From an uncultured Gammaproteobacteria bacterium (lineage in GTDB: Bacteria > Patescibacteriota > Microgenomatia > UBA10105 > UBA927), in NCBI GenBank assembly GCA_964448085.1, contig CAYUUX010000003.1, positions 5,865 to 69,864 of the forward strand: a stretch of DNA of 64,000 nucleotides. Reading direction: 5' to 3'. The notes under the pieces were generated by a model. It searched no databases. It saw nothing but the letters and a program-made list of their open reading frames with translations, and was not told the origin of the DNA. Below, in pieces: positions 18,134-27,117 of the stretch. Numbering within the stretch: the first letter of the stretch is position 1; every line of letters begins with the position of its first letter. Position numbers and translations under genes: made by a program.

Positions 18134-20560
18134 ATGGAATTAACCGGCATTCGTAATACTGTATTTTTAGACAGATATGCGTTGAAAGACGAAGCTGGTA
18201 ATCCTATTGAAAAAACTCCTGAAGATATGTGGCGTCGTGTTGCACATGCGGTTGCAACCATGGAAAAACCAAGCGTGAGGGAACAGTGGGAAGAAAGATT
18301 CTATGACATCATGAGGGATTTTATCTTTGTTCCCGGCGGAAGAATCTTATCTGGAGCCGGCACGGGATACAAAGTTACATTTTATAATTGCTTCGTTATT
18401 CCCAGTCCAAAGGATTCCCGAGGAGGTATCCTTACCACATTATCCAACATGGTCGAAATTATGGCACGGGGAGGAGGGGTTGGTATCAATTTATCAACAT
18501 TGCGTCCGAGAGGATCTCGCGTGAAAAAAGTAAACGGGTTTTCTTCAGGACCGATCAATTGGGCAGAACTTTTTTCTGTTGCGACAAAAGATATTATTCA
18601 GCAGGGTGGGACGAGACGCGGTGCCCTCATGCTCATGTTGTGGGACTGGCATCCAGATATTGAGGAGTTCATAACAGTAAAAAAAGATCTGACAAAAATT
18701 AACGGAGCAAATCTTTCCGTTTGTGTATCTGACGCCTTTATGACCGCCGTTAAAAATGATGCGGATTGGGATTTAGTGTTTCCGGACACTCAGGATCCGG
18801 ACTATGACACGAAATGGGATGGGTACATGCCCAATTGGATCGCCTTGGGAAAAAAACCAAAAATCGTTCGGACGATAAAAGCGCGGGCGTTATGGGATCA
18901 GATAGCAACCTCCGCATGGGCAAGCGCGGAACCAGGCGTAGTATTCATGGAACGCTATAACAAACAATTCAACAATTATTATTATGAATTCGTCAATTGC
19001 GTAAACCCATGTGGAGAAGAAGGGCTTCCATACTGGGGGGTATGTAATTTATGTTCCATTAACCTTGCTGCGCTTGTTGATGCACAGGGAAACATGGATT
19101 ATGAACGGTTGGCCCAGGTGGCAAAGATAGGCGTACGGTTTCAGGATAATGTCGTCGATGCCGATGTATATATTTTTGATGAAATCAAAAAAGTACAACT
19201 GCAGGGGGAACGTCGTATTGGTCTTGGAACCATGGGATTGGGTGACGCATTGATTAAAATGCATATCCGGTACGGATCGCCGGAGAGTTTATTGGTGATT
19301 GATAAAATATACAGAACCGTTCGTGATGCCGCTTATGAGTCGTCAATAGACATTGCGAAAGAAAAGGGAGCATTCCCAAAAATCGATAAGAAAAAACACG
19401 TAGAAGGGTATTTTGTGCGACAGCTTCCCGATAGATTGAAAAATAAACTGCGCCGATACGGGATACGCAATTCTTTACTCCTGCAGCAGGCCCCGACGGG
19501 TTCCACATCGCTATTGGCAGGAGTATCCAGTGGTATCGAACCCGTATTCGAATTTGAGTTTATTCGTCGCGATCGTTTGGGAGAACATTTGATCAGACAC
19601 CCACTGTATGATGCATGGGTTGAATCGTTCAAAAATGAATATGGACACGAACCCACAAAGGAGGAACGACCGGACTATTTTGCGTCTGCCAATGACTTAA
19701 CTCCGGAAAATCATGTGGAAGTGCAAGCGGCTATCCAGAAATATGTGGATGCATCCATCAGCAAAACAGTGAACGCTCCCAACGCGCATACGGTTGAGGA
19801 TGTGAAGCGGGTATATACAAAAGCATATGAATTGGGATGTAAGGGTATTGCATATATGCGGGAAGGGAGTAGGCAGGGTGTATTAACAAGAACGGAAGCT
19901 GAAAAAAAGGAAGAACCTGTTCATGAAGAAACAGTTCCCCTTGTTCCAGAAGTAAAACCAAGACCTTCTATTGTTCATGGGTCAACATATCAAGTCGAAA
20001 CGCCGGTTGGGCAAGCATATGTAACGGTGAATACGAATGGAGGAAATCAGCCAATTGAGATGTTTATAAATGTCGGAAAAGCAGGAAGTGACGTTACTGC
20101 CATGGCGGAAGCGGTTGGAAGATTAATATCTCTTATTTTGCGTATCGCATCACCAATTGCACCGATGGAGCGGGCAAGAAAAATTGCAGCAGAACTTATC
20201 GGTATCGGCGGCGCTCGATCTTTAGGTTTTGGAGAAAATAGGGTAAGAAGCCTGCCTGATGCGGTTGCAAAAGTCATAGATAGACATTTTGGTTTTTTTG
20301 CAAAACACCGACTAGATGCATCTGCAACAGAGCCAGACAGGGTTGTTGGAGACCATCAGGGGGAGCAAGGGGAAAAGCAGGAAGAAAATATCGAGGCATT
20401 GCTTGCAAAGATGGGCGCTTCACCCCAACAGATAATGGTGCAGAAACCATCAGAAAACCGCATGGTTACCGTGGACTTGTGTCCCAAGTGCGGGGAGGGC
20501 AGTCTTGTTTTTGAGGAGTCCTGCAAAAAGTGTTACAGCTGCGGATATTCAGAATGTTGA
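18134..20560 (+). CDS. nrdJ: Class II adenosylcobalamin-dependent ribonucleotide reductase
   Basis: PGGRIL, NCFV, NPCGE, CNL, APTG, SSGIEP, SKTVN; C-terminal TSCPD-like domain and Zn ribbon; AAGGAG RBS; no small-subunit gene adjacent. Confidence 0.95.
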   Translation: MELTGIRNTVFLDRYALKDEAGNPIEKTPEDMWRRVAHAVATMEKPSVREQWEERFYDIMRDFIFVPGGRILSGAGTGYKVTFYNCFVIPSPKDSRGGILTTLSNMVEIMARGGGVGINLSTLRPRGSRVKKVNGFSSGPINWAELFSVATKDIIQQGGTRRGALMLMLWDWHPDIEEFITVKKDLTKINGANLSVCVSDAFMTAVKNDADWDLVFPDTQDPDYDTKWDGYMPNWIALGKKPKIVRTIKARALWDQIATSAWASAEPGVVFMERYNKQFNNYYYEFVNCVNPCGEEGLPYWGVCNLCSINLAALVDAQGNMDYERLAQVAKIGVRFQDNVVDADVYIFDEIKKVQLQGERRIGLGTMGLGDALIKMHIRYGSPESLLVIDKIYRTVRDAAYESSIDIAKEKGAFPKIDKKKHVEGYFVRQLPDRLKNKLRRYGIRNSLLLQQAPTGSTSLLAGVSSGIEPVFEFEFIRRDRLGEHLIRHPLYDAWVESFKNEYGHEPTKEERPDYFASANDLTPENHVEVQAAIQKYVDASISKTVNAPNAHTVEDVKRVYTKAYELGCKGIAYMREGSRQGVLTRTEAEKKEEPVHEETVPLVPEVKPRPSIVHGSTYQVETPVGQAYVTVNTNGGNQPIEMFINVGKAGSDVTAMAEAVGRLISLILRIASPIAPMERARKIAAELIGIGGARSLGFGENRVRSLPDAVAKVIDRHFGFFAKHRLDASATEPDRVVGDHQGEQGEKQEENIEALLAKMGASPQQIMVQKPSENRMVTVDLCPKCGEGSLVFEESCKKCYSCGYSEC

Positions 20561-20563
20561 TAT

Positions 20564-21103
20564 ATGACTATTTACACCCGAACGGGCGATAGTGGAACAA
20601 CTGCTTTGTTTGGGGGAAAGCGTGTATCAAAAGGAGATTCCAGAGTTGAGTCATATGGATCGATAGATGAGCTGAATAGCGCCCTAGGGTTACTTTTATC
20701 CTTTCTTCCCGATACGATGCGCCAAAGGAAAATTCTGCACAGCATTCAGCAAGACTTGTTTACGTGTGCATCCTGTATAGCGGGAAACAACATCAACATG
20801 GATGGCATTCAGGAACGGATCCGCGACATAGAAGAGACAATCGATGCAATGGACAAAAGCGTACCGGATTTACATAACTTTATTCTTCCCGGCGGATCCC
20901 CCGCCGGCGCATTAGCGCATGTTGTGCGGACAATATGTCGGAAGACGGAACGTATGGTTGTAAAAGAAAACACAAGAGGAAGATACGACGTGGTCGTTGC
21001 ATATCTCAATCGTGTTTCAGACTTGTTATTTGTGCTCGCAAGGTTTATAAATAAGATCGACGGTGCTAAAGAAGAATTGTGGAGGGGCAACGTCAAAATG
21101 TGA
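20564..21103 (+). CDS. pduO: ATP:cob(I)alamin adenosyltransferase, PduO type
   Basis: IYTRTGDSGTT, GSIDELNS, FILPGG, RTICRKTER, YLNRVSDLLF. Confidence 0.96.
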   Translation: MTIYTRTGDSGTTALFGGKRVSKGDSRVESYGSIDELNSALGLLLSFLPDTMRQRKILHSIQQDLFTCASCIAGNNINMDGIQERIRDIEETIDAMDKSVPDLHNFILPGGSPAGALAHVVRTICRKTERMVVKENTRGRYDVVVAYLNRVSDLLFVLARFINKIDGAKEELWRGNVKM

Positions 21104-21186
21104 ATGCGCGAGGAAGACCGTGAAAATCGGTCACTGTGCCGCAACGGTAATTCTGCCTTGGCAGGACAGTCCGGAACTCTCATTCA
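21101..21186 (+). ncRNA. Cobalamin riboswitch aptamer (compact form)
   Basis: TGAATG/CATTCA closing stem; GAGGAA-GACCG-TGAAAAT-CGGTC-A-CTG-TGCCGCAA-CGG-TAA; short P6 hairpin; B12-box-like AGTCCGGAACTC; B12 gene context. Confidence 0.88.
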
Positions 21187-21216
21187 TATATCCCGAGCAG
21201 GAAAATGAAAATTGGT

Positions 21217-21252
21217 AGCCTTCTCGGGTACAGCGTATCGAGAAGGTTTTTT
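21217..21252 (+). terminator. Riboswitch-associated attenuator terminator
   Basis: AGCCTTCTCG / CGAGAAGGTT stem followed by T run; competing CCCGAG (21192-21197) can pair with CTCGGG (21223-21228). Confidence 0.72.
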
Positions 21253-21267
21253 AATGGGAGATAGTGT

Positions 21268-21687
21268 ATGAAAATAAAATCGCATTTGAAGACATATTTT
21301 TTAGTTGTCTGCTGTGTTGTTCTTGGGGTTTTATTTGTGAGAAACGGTCTGCAGGGGAAACAAACGCCGCAAACAAGTGTTGAGCAGGAATCGGTTCCTG
21401 CAAGTGTTGTAACCATAAATGATGCAACGCGTATTGTAACGGGGAGGGAACAGGCAAAAACGCCGTTTGAAGCCTTGTCATTTCTGGCTAAAAAAAATAA
21501 TATTCCTGTTGTAACAAAATCATATGATTTTGGCATATTTGTCCAGTCGATAGGAGACAAAGAATCTGGGTCTGAGATGGCATGGATTTATTATGTCAAT
21601 GGAGCGGCCGGAAACGTTGCATCGGACAAATATGAATTGAAAGAAAACGATAGTGTTGAGTGGAAATATGAAAAGTCGATATATTAA
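21268..21687 (+). CDS. DUF4430-like (transcobalamin-like beta domain) membrane-anchored protein, putative B12 binder
   Basis: N-terminal TM; GIFVQSIGD ... WIYYVNG ... A.KYELKENDSVEWKY signature. Confidence 0.85.
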   Translation: MKIKSHLKTYFLVVCCVVLGVLFVRNGLQGKQTPQTSVEQESVPASVVTINDATRIVTGREQAKTPFEALSFLAKKNNIPVVTKSYDFGIFVQSIGDKESGSEMAWIYYVNGAAGNVASDKYELKENDSVEWKYEKSIY

Positions 21688-21697
21688 TGCAGAATTT

Positions 21698-22210
21698 ATG
21701 GAAATTCTATTTTTTTCATTTATTGGAATCATTTCTCGCTTGGTGCCCCATCTTCCCAATATGACAACGATCGGTGCGGCTTCGGTATTTATGGGCGCAA
21801 AATTCGGAGTGAAAAAAGGAATGCTTGTGATGCTGCTTACTATGTTGATAACAGACAGTATTAAAGGATTGCATTCCGTTATGTGGGCAACCTATGGAGC
21901 TTTATTTATTGCGGTGTTGATAGGGAAATATGCGATCGGCAACCGTCGGGCCGGATGGATAATGGGGGGTACCCTGCTCTCCTCTCTCATCTTTTTTATC
22001 GTTTCCAATTTTGCCGTTTGGCTATCCCCGCATTTTATGTATCCTTTAACTCCAGATGGTTTGATGCGCTGTTATGTAATGGCTTTGCCGTTTTTTAGAA
22101 ATTCTTTGATCGGCGATGTACTTTATACGGTGATTTTCTTTGGGGTATATGATATCGTTCTCTCAATAAAAAGAAGCTATTCGTTGCAGAGACAAATCGC
22201 TAATCAGTGA
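21698..22210 (+). CDS. DUF6580-like integral membrane protein, putative cobalamin transporter (S-component-like)
   Basis: RLVPHLPNMTTIGA, FFIVSNFAVW, Y.LT..GL..CY.MALPFFRNSLIGD; about 5-6 TM helices. Confidence 0.8.
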   Translation: MEILFFSFIGIISRLVPHLPNMTTIGAASVFMGAKFGVKKGMLVMLLTMLITDSIKGLHSVMWATYGALFIAVLIGKYAIGNRRAGWIMGGTLLSSLIFFIVSNFAVWLSPHFMYPLTPDGLMRCYVMALPFFRNSLIGDVLYTVIFFGVYDIVLSIKRSYSLQRQIANQ

Positions 22211-22261
22211 GGCTTTCCCATCTGTACCATCATCGCGTAATTTTCTGCTATGATTAGAAGT

Positions 22262-22654
22262 ATGAATAACCTGCCTGATACCAGGAATAGTTCTAATACT
22301 ATAGCAACTCCGGCAAATCCAGTGGGGAGAGTAAATAAAGAATTAGAACCTTCAGCAATCGGGAACAGTGAGCCTGCAGTTAGAGATGCTGCAAAGGAAA
22401 TCGATCTTCCAAAAGAACTTACTTCATTTGGTGTCCATACGACATCAACAGTAGTACCGATACCCCCGCCGGTACAACAAATGGGAGTGATGCCTACCGG
22501 TCAAAATATTCCCAACGCCGGAATCTCCATCTCATTACCGTTGTCTGATGATCAAATAGCGCAAGGAATGCGAACGAGCGTGCTGGATTCGTTCCGTTGG
22601 TTAGCGGAGTGGTGTAAGCGGCAATTAAAACGCATCGGTATGGTAAAAGCATAA
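22262..22654 (+). CDS. Hypothetical protein
   Basis: C-terminal LPLSDDQI ... SFRWLAEWCKRQLK; 1 nt gap to the ATPase gene. Confidence 0.7.
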   Translation: MNNLPDTRNSSNTIATPANPVGRVNKELEPSAIGNSEPAVRDAAKEIDLPKELTSFGVHTTSTVVPIPPPVQQMGVMPTGQNIPNAGISISLPLSDDQIAQGMRTSVLDSFRWLAEWCKRQLKRIGMVKA

Positions 22655-22655
22655 T

Positions 22656-25004
22656 ATGCCAATAGAGACAACTGCCATTATCAGCAAACTTGAAACCTTC
22701 GGTATAAGCCTGTTTATGCTCATTCTGTTGGGTGCATTATGTCTTGGTGTTATCTATGCAATTTTTCTCCTATGGAAGTATCGGGGTCGTGAGGCACGAT
22801 CGCTTTCATATGTGTTACTGCAAATAGCCGTGCCCAGAGAAAATGAGATCAAAATCGATGCTGCGGAACAAATGTTTTCCAGTATTTACGGAATTTACAA
22901 TAATAAATGGTGGGCCTTTATCCAACCACAAGAACACATCTCTTTTGAGATTGTTGCCCGGAGGGAAGATATTCGGTTTTATGTGTCCGTTCCAAAGAAC
23001 ATCATGGATCTAGTGGAAAAACAGATCCATGGAGCATATCCCGGCGCAGATATCAAAGAAGTTGAAGAGCAGTCGATATTTTCGGAGAAAGGAAAGGTTG
23101 CATTTGCCGCTCTGCGTCTTCGGTATGGGAATCATTATCCGTTACGCACCTATCGGGATCTTCCAACTGACGCGCTGTCATCGATTACATCGGTTCTTGC
23201 CAAAATGCAGGAAGGTGAAGGAGCTGTCATCCAGGTATTAATACAACCAACAGGGGACAGATGGAAACGAACTGGCCGATCATATATAGCAAAGGTAAAA
23301 AAAGATGAGGCTAATCCAGAGAAGGCAAATTTTAAAGTGAATGCAAAATCGCTTGAAGCGATTGAACAAAAACTCCAGAAGCCCGGTTTTAATACGGTGA
23401 TCCGCTTGGTAGTGACTTCAGAAACAAAAGAACAGGCAAAAATTCACTTAAAAAATATCATAGCTTCATTTGGGCAATTTTCCTCAGATAATAATTCTTT
23501 CTGGGAAGTAAAATTTCCCATAAAACATTTATTCCTAACCGATTTTATCTATCGGTACTTTCCAATTTTCAATGTGCCCCTTCTTCGACAATTCAGCGTT
23601 TTGAATACCGATGAGTTGGCAAGCGTCTATCATTTGCCAAATAAGACCATTGAAACACCACATATTTTTTGGCTTAACGCGAAACGTGCACCGGCACCGC
23701 TGTTAATTCCGCAGTCAGGTCTTTATTTAGGTATGTCCAAATATCGAGGTGTGGAACGTCCAATATATGTAGGGGACGATGACAGAAGACGGCATATGTA
23801 TGTGATCGGTAAAACGGGAACCGGTAAATCACAACTTTTGGAAGAATTAGTGATGCAGGATATCAATTCGGGGAAAGGCGTTGCGGTGATTGATCCACAT
23901 GGAGATCTCATTTCAGGTATCTTAGCGAGAATGCCGGTTTCTCGTGCTGAAGATGTGATTTATTTCGATCCTTCGGACACGGAACGACCCATGGGATTGA
24001 ATATGCTGGAAGCAAAAACAGAAGAACAAAAACATTTCGTTGTCACTTCAATTGTCGGCCTTATGTACAAATTATACGATCCGATGAAAACCGGTATAAT
24101 CGGTCCGCGGTTTGAACATGCGATACGAAATGCCATGTTGACGGTTATGAGTGAACCCGGGAATACGTTCGTTGAGGTTGTCAGAGCATTGACGGATCAG
24201 TCGTTTGTGCAGGAGCTTCTGCCAAAAGTATCGGATCCTTTAATACGAAGGTACTGGACTGATCAGATAGCGCAAACCGCAGATTTTCATAAATCGGAAG
24301 TGCTTGATTATATTGTTTCAAAATTTGGGCGGTTTGTTACGAATAAGCTCATGCGCAACATTATAGGACAGTCATCTTCTTCGTTTGATTTTAGAAAGGT
24401 AATGGATGAGGGAAAAATATTACTGGTAAATCTTGCGAAAGGAAAATTGGGAGAAGAAAACAGTAATTTCCTCGGGCTTATTCTCGTACCGCGTATTTTG
24501 GTTGCGGCAATGAGCAGACAAGAAATTCCTGAAGCCGATAGACGAGATTTTTATCTCTATGTGGATGAATTTCAAAATTTTGCAACGCCAGATTTTGCGC
24601 AGATACTATCAGAGGCCAGAAAATATCGGTTGAATTTGATCGTTGCCAACCAATTTATTGGGCAGATGGAGGAGGAGGTTAAGAATGCTGTGTTTGGGAA
24701 CGTTGGAACCCTTGTCGCATTTCGTGTCGGAGTGACTGATGCCAATTATCTTCAGCACGAATTTCAGCCGACGTTCTCTGAATCCGATCTTATCAATATT
24801 GATAAATATAATGCCTATATTAAAACAATCGTTCATAACGAACCCGCGAAACCCTTTTCTATTGATTTGACGAAAAATATGAGACAAATAGAATCGGCGA
24901 GGAATCCGCAGATTGCAAATGCAATTATCCAGCTTTCCCGTTTAAAATATGGGCGTTCGAAGGAATTGGTTGAAGCAGAAGTGTCGGAACGCGCACGATT
25001 ATAA
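22656..25004 (+). CDS. Membrane-anchored HerA/VirD4(TraD)-like ATPase
   Basis: TM; RHMYVIGKTGTGKS Walker A; IDPHGD; LYVDEFQN Walker B; SEARKY. Confidence 0.9.
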   Translation: MPIETTAIISKLETFGISLFMLILLGALCLGVIYAIFLLWKYRGREARSLSYVLLQIAVPRENEIKIDAAEQMFSSIYGIYNNKWWAFIQPQEHISFEIVARREDIRFYVSVPKNIMDLVEKQIHGAYPGADIKEVEEQSIFSEKGKVAFAALRLRYGNHYPLRTYRDLPTDALSSITSVLAKMQEGEGAVIQVLIQPTGDRWKRTGRSYIAKVKKDEANPEKANFKVNAKSLEAIEQKLQKPGFNTVIRLVVTSETKEQAKIHLKNIIASFGQFSSDNNSFWEVKFPIKHLFLTDFIYRYFPIFNVPLLRQFSVLNTDELASVYHLPNKTIETPHIFWLNAKRAPAPLLIPQSGLYLGMSKYRGVERPIYVGDDDRRRHMYVIGKTGTGKSQLLEELVMQDINSGKGVAVIDPHGDLISGILARMPVSRAEDVIYFDPSDTERPMGLNMLEAKTEEQKHFVVTSIVGLMYKLYDPMKTGIIGPRFEHAIRNAMLTVMSEPGNTFVEVVRALTDQSFVQELLPKVSDPLIRRYWTDQIAQTADFHKSEVLDYIVSKFGRFVTNKLMRNIIGQSSSSFDFRKVMDEGKILLVNLAKGKLGEENSNFLGLILVPRILVAAMSRQEIPEADRRDFYLYVDEFQNFATPDFAQILSEARKYRLNLIVANQFIGQMEEEVKNAVFGNVGTLVAFRVGVTDANYLQHEFQPTFSESDLINIDKYNAYIKTIVHNEPAKPFSIDLTKNMRQIESARNPQIANAIIQLSRLKYGRSKELVEAEVSERARL

Positions 25005-25064
25005 AATTCCCCCTTTACTTTACGTCCAATTACGATACACTTTTAAAATATTAGCGAATTATTT

Positions 25065-26471
25065 ATGGATCAATCAGAGGAGCCGCTTAATCCCACAATT
25101 CAAAAACGCCACGAAAAAGTCGTTTATATCTTTAATCTTTCCGAGGACGTATGGCCGTTTATTAAGGCGATGTCTGATACGCACGAACGGCAATTTGAAA
25201 TAGATTGGAACGCGAATCTTGCTGAGCGCGACCTGCTTTCCATTGCGGAAGAAAACGAAGCGATTTTTATTTCTCCCCGACCAATACGACAGTCATTCCT
25301 TACGTACCATGAACAGGTGTTTGGCGCAAAACACATAAAAATACTGGTACCAAAAACACACACGGGGGAAATATGTGAAGACATTATTAACGATAACGAA
25401 GTAATGGATGAGTTGGTAGCTGCGGCAAATTCGGTAAAAAAATTAACACTGCTTAGCTATTCAACAAGCCCGCAATTTTTCCATCTCGTTGAAGTTCTGC
25501 AAAAAAAAGATATTTCCGTATATACGCCCGAATCCCCAGAGGTATCCAGCGCTTGGACGGTAAATTTTTTCGGGAGCAAATCCGGCATACGGCAATTGGC
25601 ACAAAAAAGCGGAGCAATCGAGCCCGATTTTAAAATCGCTGACGGTCTTATCTGTTCATCAATTTACGACGCCGCCATGATAGCCGCAAACAAGTTTGTA
25701 AAAGAAGACGGCGTGGTCATTAAAACGAACAAAGGGCACTCAGGTGCGGGAGTATTATTGTTCCGTTCCGGAGATCTTCCGAAGGAATATAAATCATGCG
25801 AACAAGCAATACATAAGATTTTAAAAAAAGACAGTTATTGGGAAAAGTTTCCCATTGTTATCGAAGATCTTCTCAATGTAAATTCCGCGATAGGCGGTGG
25901 ATTCCCGAATGTGGAATTTAAAATAACCAAGAGTGGAAAAATAGAATTTTTGTATTATTGCGCAATGCGGGTTGATCGGGATGGAATATATAAAGGACAA
26001 GAGATGCATGAATCCGTGCTTCCTGACCGCATTGCGGCTCGAGTGATTGATACTGGGTATTTCATCGGCGAACAATATGCAGCCGCGGGGTATCGTGGGT
26101 ACTTCGATGTCGATTTTGTCGCGGCAAAAAATGGAGAGATTTATGTGACAGAGTCAAACGCACGACGCACGGGCGGAACACATATGTATAAGACCGCGGA
26201 GAATCTTATTGGAAAAGAATTTATGACAGATTCGTATACCTTATCGAATAACGATTACGCGCTCCCGAAAGGAAAAAAACCTTCGTTTTCAGAAATAATT
26301 ACCGTATTGCAACCGGTTTTGTTTGACAAGAAAACAAAGGAGGGGGTTGTTCTGGCTTCATCGAATTTATTGGAACAAAGTAAATTCGCATATATAGTCT
26401 TCGGAAAGAACGAAAAGCGGTCTTTGGAATTAGAGGGGGAAATGGAGCAACTGCTTACTACACTTCAGTAA
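25065..26471 (+). CDS. ATP-grasp ligase with pre-ATP-grasp domain (PGM1-like)
   Basis: GSKSGIR, VVIKTNKGHSGAGV, IVIED, GYRGYFDVDF, ESNARRTGGTH. Confidence 0.8.
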   Translation: MDQSEEPLNPTIQKRHEKVVYIFNLSEDVWPFIKAMSDTHERQFEIDWNANLAERDLLSIAEENEAIFISPRPIRQSFLTYHEQVFGAKHIKILVPKTHTGEICEDIINDNEVMDELVAAANSVKKLTLLSYSTSPQFFHLVEVLQKKDISVYTPESPEVSSAWTVNFFGSKSGIRQLAQKSGAIEPDFKIADGLICSSIYDAAMIAANKFVKEDGVVIKTNKGHSGAGVLLFRSGDLPKEYKSCEQAIHKILKKDSYWEKFPIVIEDLLNVNSAIGGGFPNVEFKITKSGKIEFLYYCAMRVDRDGIYKGQEMHESVLPDRIAARVIDTGYFIGEQYAAAGYRGYFDVDFVAAKNGEIYVTESNARRTGGTHMYKTAENLIGKEFMTDSYTLSNNDYALPKGKKPSFSEIITVLQPVLFDKKTKEGVVLASSNLLEQSKFAYIVFGKNEKRSLELEGEMEQLLTTLQ

Positions 26472-26518
26472 TAACCGTTCTTCGGTAAATTTTGGTATAA
26501 TTTCTGGTATTACCGTTC

Positions 26519-26591
26519 GGAGCTGTAGTTCATCGGTTAGAACGCGATCCTTATAAGATCGATGTAGATGGTCCGACTCCATCCAGCTCCA
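26519..26591 (+). tRNA. tRNA-Ile, anticodon UAU
   Basis: GGAGCTG/CAGCTCC acceptor stem, GTTC/GAAC D stem, CGATC-CT TAT AA-GATCG anticodon arm, GATGG-TCCGACT-CCATC T arm, A73; CCA not encoded; TGgTATAAT at 26493-26501. Confidence 0.92.
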
Positions 26592-26592
26592 C

Positions 26593-27117
26593 ATGGAACA
26601 AGTGATTTTAGTAGACGATAAGAACCGCCGTATAGGGGTTTGTCCTAAGGAGACGGTACATACCCAAAATACTCCTTTGCATCGCGCATTTTCCGTGTTT
26701 CTTTTTAACAGCAATCATGAGTTGTTGCTTACAAAAAGAGCTGCAACAAAAAAAACGTTTGCGGGTGTATGGACGAATAGCGTGTGTGGGCATGTCTCTC
26801 CCGGAGAAAAAACTTTTTTGTCAGCCAAACGCAGGACGCAGGAAGAATTGGGGATTGCCCCACACGCCATCAGAAAAGTCTCGCCGTATAGATATTCCTT
26901 TAAAGATGCGAATGGAATTGTCGAAAACGAAATATGTCCAATTTACGTGGGATATGCTGCTATGGATCCAAAACCCAATAAGAAGGAAGTAGAAGACTGG
27001 AAATGGATAGCATGGGATAAGTTTCTTTCCCAAATTCAATCTCATCCGGGTTCATATTCTCCGTGGTGTGAGGAAGAAGCCATGATTCTTCGTTCACGCA
27101 ATATTTTCAACCGATAA
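26593..27117 (+). CDS. idi: Isopentenyl-diphosphate delta-isomerase, type 1
   Basis: HRAFSVFLFN, WTNSVCGH, RRTQEELG, ENEICP, SPW. Confidence 0.95.
   Translation: MEQVILVDDKNRRIGVCPKETVHTQNTPLHRAFSVFLFNSNHELLLTKRAATKKTFAGVWTNSVCGHVSPGEKTFLSAKRRTQEELGIAPHAIRKVSPYRYSFKDANGIVENEICPIYVGYAAMDPKPNKKEVEDWKWIAWDKFLSQIQSHPGSYSPWCEEEAMILRSRNIFNR

Noticed and set aside
18134-20560. Possible intein or intron in the RNR gene
   Set aside because: Continuous ORF of normal length with catalytic motifs at expected spacing; no splicing or homing-endonuclease motifs seen
26519-26620. tRNA as a prophage or island integration site
   Set aside because: No integrase, no duplicate of the tRNA 3' end noticed in the window, and housekeeping genes flank it
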